Part shown: piece by piece, positions 26,967 to 32,000 of the stretch
How positions within the stretch are numbered: position 1 is the first letter of the stretch
Layout: the number at the start of each line of letters is the position of its first letter
From: Puniceicoccales bacterium
GTDB lineage: Bacteria; Verrucomicrobiota; Verrucomicrobiia; Opitutales; JAIRLG01
Direction: 5' to 3'
NCBI GenBank assembly: GCA_031288595.1
Contig: JAITRB010000016.1
Location: 64,281-96,280 of the forward strand
Length of the DNA: 32,000 nucleotides
Position numbers and translations under genes: made by a program
Notes under the pieces: model-generated
Databases searched by the model: none
The model's input: the letters and a program-made list of their open reading frames with translations, nothing else
What the model was told of the DNA's origin: nothing

Positions 26967-28067
26967 GTGGTGAGTCTTGGGTTTGAGAAGTTGAGGCAGA
27001 TGATAGCCTCCCGACTGCGGGAGGCGAAGGAGAGTTTTTATCTGGTCCCCTCGCAGCTCTTCTTCATAACCCATATCGATCTCCCCAAAGGGGAAAAATT
27101 GACTGAGAAGAAGATCGAGGATCTGGTCCGCTTCGCCCTGGAGAGCCAGAGTCCCTTTGAACTCAGCCATCTGCTCTGGGGATTTTTGCCCTATGCCTCG
27201 AAGGATGGGCTTTTGGCCTACGCCACCTCGAAGGAGATCCTGCGGCGCGAACATCCGGAATTTTCATCGGCGACCTATGTCTTTCCGAGCTTCCTGCCCT
27301 GTTTTCTAGGAGAGGAAAAGCTGACGGGTCTCTGTCGCTTCCGCTACGGGGAGGAGGCGGTGACATTTCGCTGCACGAAAGAAGGCTACTGGAGCGGTTT
27401 CGACAAGCTTCTAGAAAGGGAAGAGGCCTCATCGCTTCCCGTACATGAAAGGGTCCTGGAGGGGGTGAAGCTGCATCATCAGGGTTGCACTTTTTCGTTG
27501 AGTCGGGGATCTGAGAAGCCGCTAAGGTGTCTGCTTTCTTTCCGCTCGTCGGACTTTTGGTCAGCCAATCTACATGATTTCGATCTGCGGCTGAGGCGTC
27601 GCACGGAGAAGAGAGTCGAGAGTGTTTGCTATCGCACGAGCATGACAGTCTCCTGTTTCTTGGCGCTCGTATTCCTCTTTTGGATCGGTCTGGAGATCAT
27701 GACTTGGGGGATAATGCGGGAGACTCACCGGCTGGCAGCCGAGGAGCCATGGGTTGCCCGTCTGAAGCAGAAGCGGGATTTGCTTCACGAATTAGCTCTG
27801 TTTTCTAAGCAGAAACAGGTCTATTTCCGTATCTTGAGTCGTCTGAATGATAAAAGACCCGACAGCATTCTGTTTCTGCTTCTGAAAGCCAACAATGGCC
27901 GTGAGTTTGAAATCGAGGGATCGGCCAAGCGGGTAGAGGACGTCCATCGCTATGTGACGGACTTGCAGGCGGACGATATTCTCACCCTGGTGGAGCTGAG
28001 ACGGGTGACTTCGCGTAATGACGAGGTGAAGTTTTCGCTTTATGTAGAGTTTGAGGAGCGGGTGTAA
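26967..28067 (+). CDS. GspL / PilM-PilN-like bitopic assembly protein (tentative)
   Basis: 366 aa. Topology is about 225 aa cytoplasmic, one TM helix (VSCFLALVFLFWIGLEIMTWGIM), then about 110 aa periplasmic. The call rests on topology and operon position only. The start is GTG 26967 or ATG 27000. The stop overlaps the next start (TAATG at 28065-28069). Confidence 0.45.
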   Translation: MVSLGFEKLRQMIASRLREAKESFYLVPSQLFFITHIDLPKGEKLTEKKIEDLVRFALESQSPFELSHLLWGFLPYASKDGLLAYATSKEILRREHPEFSSATYVFPSFLPCFLGEEKLTGLCRFRYGEEAVTFRCTKEGYWSGFDKLLEREEASSLPVHERVLEGVKLHHQGCTFSLSRGSEKPLRCLLSFRSSDFWSANLHDFDLRLRRRTEKRVESVCYRTSMTVSCFLALVFLFWIGLEIMTWGIMRETHRLAAEEPWVARLKQKRDLLHELALFSKQKQVYFRILSRLNDKRPDSILFLLLKANNGREFEIEGSAKRVEDVHRYVTDLQADDILTLVELRRVTSRNDEVKFSLYVEFEERV

Positions 28068-28705
28068 TGGAGCAGAAATCGAAAAAGCGACGTCTCTTCG
28101 GCCTTTTGGGGCTGCGGGGACAATTGGCCTTGACGCTTGGTTTGATGATACTTTTGATCTTCCTACTTGGGGTTGCCTGGTGCAAATGGGAGAAAGTCTC
28201 TGCCTTGAAGACGAAGAACCAGGAGAAAGCTGTGATGCACGAGGAGTGGAAGGGGAAGAAGTCGGATTTGGAGGATGAGTTCCACGAGGTTGTTCAACGC
28301 GTTGTGAAGCAGGAGAAAGTGGATGAGAGGCTTCTGATGGAGAGAGTCGAAGAGGCGGCTAGGAAGACAAAGGTCCGTTATGAGGTGGAACCGCCGGTTA
28401 CAGAGAAAAATGGTATTTTTGAGAATCATAAGGCGACCGTGAGGCTGCGGAATACATCGATGGAGAGCTTAGTGGCCTTCGATGAAAATGTCGAGGGCGA
28501 TGGGGCGGCCAATGTGCGCCTCGATGAGATGGAGATCGAGGGAGGACGTGATGGGGAGTTGTCGGCCAGGGCGACAGTGAGTGCTCTGGATTTAGTCCCG
28601 GAGGATGATTGGGTGAAAGAAGTGGCTGATCTTCTTGGGGAACCGGAGCTGTTCAACAACAGCAAGAAACAGGATTTTTGTCAAACCCTGAAGTCATATG
28701 AGTAA
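28067..28705 (+). CDS. GspM / PilO-like bitopic assembly protein (tentative)
   Basis: 212 aa with a short basic N-terminus, one TM helix (LALTLGLMILLIFLLGVAWC) and a periplasmic coiled/charged domain. It overlaps the secretin start by 8 nt. The call rests on topology and context. Confidence 0.4.
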   Translation: MEQKSKKRRLFGLLGLRGQLALTLGLMILLIFLLGVAWCKWEKVSALKTKNQEKAVMHEEWKGKKSDLEDEFHEVVQRVVKQEKVDERLLMERVEEAARKTKVRYEVEPPVTEKNGIFENHKATVRLRNTSMESLVAFDENVEGDGAANVRLDEMEIEGGRDGELSARATVSALDLVPEDDWVKEVADLLGEPELFNNSKKQDFCQTLKSYE

Positions 28706-31619
28706 ATATTGGTCACGTGCTTGCCTTTTGTGTTCCGGAGGAATACTCCTCGCTCTGGGTTTAAGGGCTGCCGTTGATGACGAGGATGATCTAGATAGCT
28801 GGGAGGAAGAGGAATCTTCGGAGGAGTCGGCTCCAATGAGGCCGACTCCCGCTTTCGGTCGTCCCGCCTGGTCTCCTCCACAGTCAAAGTCGGCGAAATC
28901 TTCGCCTCCTGTCGACAAATTGATTCTCATCGATGAGGGGCTCCCCCAGGTCTTGACTATACTGGAGCAGTTGACGAATAAGACGATTCTGCGCGACCAG
29001 AAGTTGCCGGCTGTGAAGATCAATATCTGTATCCAAAACCCGATCGCTCGAGAAGAGGCGATTCTGGCTTTGGAGTCCGTCCTGAACCTCAATGGCATAG
29101 CGATCGTCGAAATGGGGAAGAATTTCCTCAAGGCCGTCACGGCGAAGCAGGCCCCCAGTCAGGCACCTAGGCTCGTGGATCAGTCGCTTTTAAGGGAAGC
29201 TCCCAGTCAGTTGATCTGTTCCAAGCTCTTCGTTTTGAGGTATCTGAATGCGCCGGCTTTCCAAAGGCTCATCATGCCTCTTTTGACCCCATCATTGGCC
29301 TCCGTCATCGTGTTTGAGTCCTCCAATGGCCTTTTTATTACGGATTGCCATTCGAATCTTCAGCGGGTGGAGGATATACTCCGGCGGGTGGATTGTCCCC
29401 TGAAAATACGGGAAACGGTTTCTTTCTATACGGCGAGAAATTCTCAGGCTTCCGCTCTCAAGGAGCGCTTGGTGGCTCTTCAGAACGGTGTTTTGAAGAA
29501 GTATCTCTACGGCTGCGTCTCCTTTGAGGCCGATGACCGGAGCAATCAGGTGATGATCGTGACACCGGCGGCGAATCTGGCCTTTGTCCGCAGCATCATC
29601 GATGGCTTGGATGTGGACCGCGATCCGCTGATTCGCACCGAGGTCTTCCGGATCCGCCATGGAGCAGCCAAGGATTTGGCCGAGGTGATTAAGAGGGTGA
29701 TCGAAAATCAGCGCCGCCAGGAGGATCGCGCCAACACCTATCGCTTGGCGCAACAGCGACTTTCTCAAGCCTCTCGAAGTTTGGCGCAGTCCTCGATTCC
29801 TGAAGGCAAAGACGCCTTGTCGAAAAAAGCCAGCGAGAATTCAGATCTTTCGGCTGGGGAGAATGGCACTCAGTCGATCCAGTTTTCCAGGGCTCTTTCC
29901 CTCGAGGCGGATGAGCGCAGTAACTCGATTTTAGCCTACGGCACTCAGTCCGACATCGCCCAGATCCGCTCCATCATCTCGAATCTCGATATTGTCCTCG
30001 ATCAGGTGCGCATCGAAGTGGTCGTAGCTCAGGTGACGTTGACCAAGAACCAGGTTTCTGGCCTAGAAACTTTCGGGATCAGCCGCGATGTGAAGGATAG
30101 TCCTGGTGCGACAAATGGTCAATGGATAGGAGTGGGTAAAGGGAGGCGTGATGTTCGTGTCATGCCGAGTAGCAAGTTGTTGAGCCTCAAGGGAAATCCC
30201 CTGCAACACTTTGCTCTGGAAGCGGTCTTTAATAAAGCTCGGGATGATCAGAATGTGAAGATTATGTCGGCTCCGACGATTGTGACGACCCATAATCGCG
30301 AGGCGATTGTTGAAGTCGGTGAATCCAGGCCCATTATTACCTCTACGGCGACGGATCTGACGAGTGCCACAAATAGGAGGAGCGAAATCGCCTACAAGAA
30401 TATAGGGCTGAAATTGAAGGTGAAGCCCTTCATCGGCAGCAATGGCGTGATTCAGATGGAGATTGATCAGGTGGTGGAGAAGAAGCTGGACGATGTGACG
30501 ATTAATGCGGAGAAACAGCCTGTTATCACCAGACGGCAGGCTACTTCCTTTGTCAGTGTGGCCAATCAGGAAGTGATCGTCATGGCGGGACTGCAGGAAA
30601 GGGAGCAGAATTTTAAGAAAGGCAAGATCTGGGGTCTTGGGGATTTGCCGATACTGGGAGACCTTCTGTTTTCCTCAAGAGATCGGAGTGAGGTGACTAC
30701 GGAAGTGATTATCTTCATCAAACCGACCATCATCGCTCAGCCACAGGATGAGCGGGAGTATCTCGAAAGGCGGGCGCGCTCTGCTGGGGTTTATGAGGAT
30801 CTAGTGCATTATGAAGGGCAGGGAGTATTTCCCAAAGGTTCGCCATTTCCCTCGACGACCATCGAGCCGGTAAATAGTTTCGATGAGCCGCCGGTTTTTG
30901 AGAAGTTCAGTCGGAGTGGAGGACATCGGGAGAAGGTTCGGAATCGGGAAAAGTCGGATTTAGCAGCGCTAAAGAGGAGGCGTCCTGGATTTAGGGGGCC
31001 ATTTTATCTCGTTCCGCATCGTTCGGGTGAGCAGGGCGGACGTGATGGGATGGATATGAATGCTGTGACGACTGCGGCTGAACCTGTGAGCAGAGGAGAA
31101 CCGAAGGTTTCCGATGTGCTTGTCCCTGCTAAAGAAAGGGCAGCCCGTGAGGCTGTTCATCCGAAGGAACTGAGGCCGATTGCTGTTCAACGGAGGAGTT
31201 TGGGAGGATCCTTTGTGGGGAAGCGTCGGGTGGAGCGCCGAAAGAGGGCTGCCTTGAAATCTCTCGAATCGGTGAGTCATCCAAAAGTCAATGAATCTTC
31301 TGAGTCGGTGAAGCCTCGAGAAATGCCCGTCTTGCGGTCTTCTGAGCCAGTAGCACGCCGGAAGGGGCTTGCCTTGAAATCTTCTAGGGCAGTGGAGCGT
31401 CGGAAGAGGGCTTTTTTGAAATCTCCCGAATCGGTGAATCATCAAAAAGTCAATAAAGCTCCTGAGTCAGTGAAGCCTCGAGAAACGCCTGTCTTGCGGT
31501 CTTCTGAGCCAGTAACACGCCGAAGGGGGCTTGCCTTGAAATCTTCTAGGGCAGTGGAGCGCCGAAAGAGGGCTGTCTTGAAATCTCTCGAATCGGTGAG
31601 TCATCAAAAAGTCAATTAA
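28698..31619 (+). CDS. gspD: Secretin (GspD/PilQ family) with long basic tandem-repeat C-terminal extension
   Basis: Signal peptide, then an acidic linker. N0-like domain ILEQLTNKTILRDQKLPAVKINI...NGIAIVEMGKNFLKAV. Canonical secretin domain NVKIMSAPTIVTTHNREA...IAYKNIGLKLKVKP...GDLPILGDLLF...EVIIFIKPTII, ending near nt 30770. About 280 further residues follow, including the 54-aa repeats. Confidence 0.9.
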   Translation: MSKYWSRACLLCSGGILLALGLRAAVDDEDDLDSWEEEESSEESAPMRPTPAFGRPAWSPPQSKSAKSSPPVDKLILIDEGLPQVLTILEQLTNKTILRDQKLPAVKINICIQNPIAREEAILALESVLNLNGIAIVEMGKNFLKAVTAKQAPSQAPRLVDQSLLREAPSQLICSKLFVLRYLNAPAFQRLIMPLLTPSLASVIVFESSNGLFITDCHSNLQRVEDILRRVDCPLKIRETVSFYTARNSQASALKERLVALQNGVLKKYLYGCVSFEADDRSNQVMIVTPAANLAFVRSIIDGLDVDRDPLIRTEVFRIRHGAAKDLAEVIKRVIENQRRQEDRANTYRLAQQRLSQASRSLAQSSIPEGKDALSKKASENSDLSAGENGTQSIQFSRALSLEADERSNSILAYGTQSDIAQIRSIISNLDIVLDQVRIEVVVAQVTLTKNQVSGLETFGISRDVKDSPGATNGQWIGVGKGRRDVRVMPSSKLLSLKGNPLQHFALEAVFNKARDDQNVKIMSAPTIVTTHNREAIVEVGESRPIITSTATDLTSATNRRSEIAYKNIGLKLKVKPFIGSNGVIQMEIDQVVEKKLDDVTINAEKQPVITRRQATSFVSVANQEVIVMAGLQEREQNFKKGKIWGLGDLPILGDLLFSSRDRSEVTTEVIIFIKPTIIAQPQDEREYLERRARSAGVYEDLVHYEGQGVFPKGSPFPSTTIEPVNSFDEPPVFEKFSRSGGHREKVRNREKSDLAALKRRRPGFRGPFYLVPHRSGEQGGRDGMDMNAVTTAAEPVSRGEPKVSDVLVPAKERAAREAVHPKELRPIAVQRRSLGGSFVGKRRVERRKRAALKSLESVSHPKVNESSESVKPREMPVLRSSEPVARRKGLALKSSRAVERRKRAFLKSPESVNHQKVNKAPESVKPRETPVLRSSEPVTRRRGLALKSSRAVERRKRAVLKSLESVSHQKVN

Positions 31620-31950
31620 TCTCCTGAGTCAGTGAAGCCACGAGAAACGCCCGTCTTGCGGTCTTCTGAGCCAGTACCACGCCGGAAGGGGCTAGACTTC
31701 AAATCTACTACGGCAGTGGAGCGTCGTAAGATGTCTTTATTTAAATCTCACGAATCGGTGAGTCATCAAAAAGTCAATGAAGCTCCTGAGTCAGTGAAGC
31801 CACGAGAAATGCCCGTCTAGCGGTCTTCTGATCAAGTAGCACGCCGGAAGGGGATTGGCTTGAAATCTTCTAGGGCAGTGGAGCGTCGTAAGAGGGCTTT
31901 TTTGAAATCTCCCGAATCGGTGAGTCATCAAAAAGTCAATAGAGTTCCTG
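31230..31950 (+). repeat. Tandem repeat, 162-bp unit (54 aa), 4 full copies plus a partial fifth
   Basis: The unit starts GTGGAGCG at 31230, 31392, 31554, 31716 and 31878, an exact 162-nt period. It encodes VERRKRAxLKSxESVSHQKVNxxPESVKPRExPVLRSSEPVxRRKGLALKSSRA. A degenerate half-unit precedes it from about 31150. Confidence 0.95.
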
Positions 31951-32000
31951 GGCGAAAACGCCGGAGTTTATCAGCTCGAAAAGCAGTGGCTCCGGTGCTT
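31620..32000 (+). other. In-frame continuation of the secretin repeat region beyond stop codons TAA (31617-31619) and TAG (31818-31820); open to the window edge
   Basis: This uses the same reading frame as 28698-31619. The repeat peptide is maintained after each stop. Each stop differs by one nucleotide from sense codons at the same repeat position (GAA/AAA/AGA versus TAA; TTG versus TAG). Confidence 0.7.

Noticed and set aside
31230-31950. Regularly spaced repeats considered as a possible CRISPR array
   Set aside because: The units are contiguous 162-bp tandem copies with no unique spacers. They maintain a reading frame continuous with the secretin gene, so this is a coding tandem repeat and not a CRISPR array.

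Overview
This window is mostly housekeeping chromosome at roughly 55-60% GC by eye. The gene content (prepilin-motif protein, T2SS-like parts, KdsD, MCE system) suggests a diderm, possibly from the PVC/Verrucomicrobia group, but that is a weak inference. Confident genes are rnc, a GT8 glycosyltransferase, birA, rpsI-rplM, a HIT protein, dnaE, ffh, miaB, lysS and kdsD. A minus-strand operon (15.4-20.9 kb) encodes an MlaF-like ATPase, an MCE protein, a lipoprotein, a second ABC ATPase and a substrate-binding protein. T2SS-like components are scattered: a pseudopilin at 35-847, a lone gspF at 12.2-13.5 kb, and a K-L-M-secretin operon at 25.9-31.6 kb. I found one RNA gene the ORF track cannot show, a 4.5S-type SRP RNA at about 4033-4133. 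I saw no tRNA, rRNA, CRISPR array, transposase or integrase. The most notable signal is a dispersed family of seven 87-129 bp intergenic elements. Each folds into the same cloverleaf-like four-way junction: a conserved closing stem, a short covarying hairpin, a near-invariant GCCCGC-N3-GCGGGC hairpin, and a long hairpin unique to each copy. They fill 7 of the 10 largest intergenic gaps, occur in both orientations, and I cannot match them to a named repeat or RNA family. The second signal is that the secretin gene ends in 162-bp (54-aa) basic tandem repeats. These repeats stay in frame past two single-nucleotide stop codons and run off the window edge. Lesser points are two ABC ATPases with no permease gene, an orphan 612-aa gene of lower GC abutting dnaE stop-to-stop, and an unusually short BirA.
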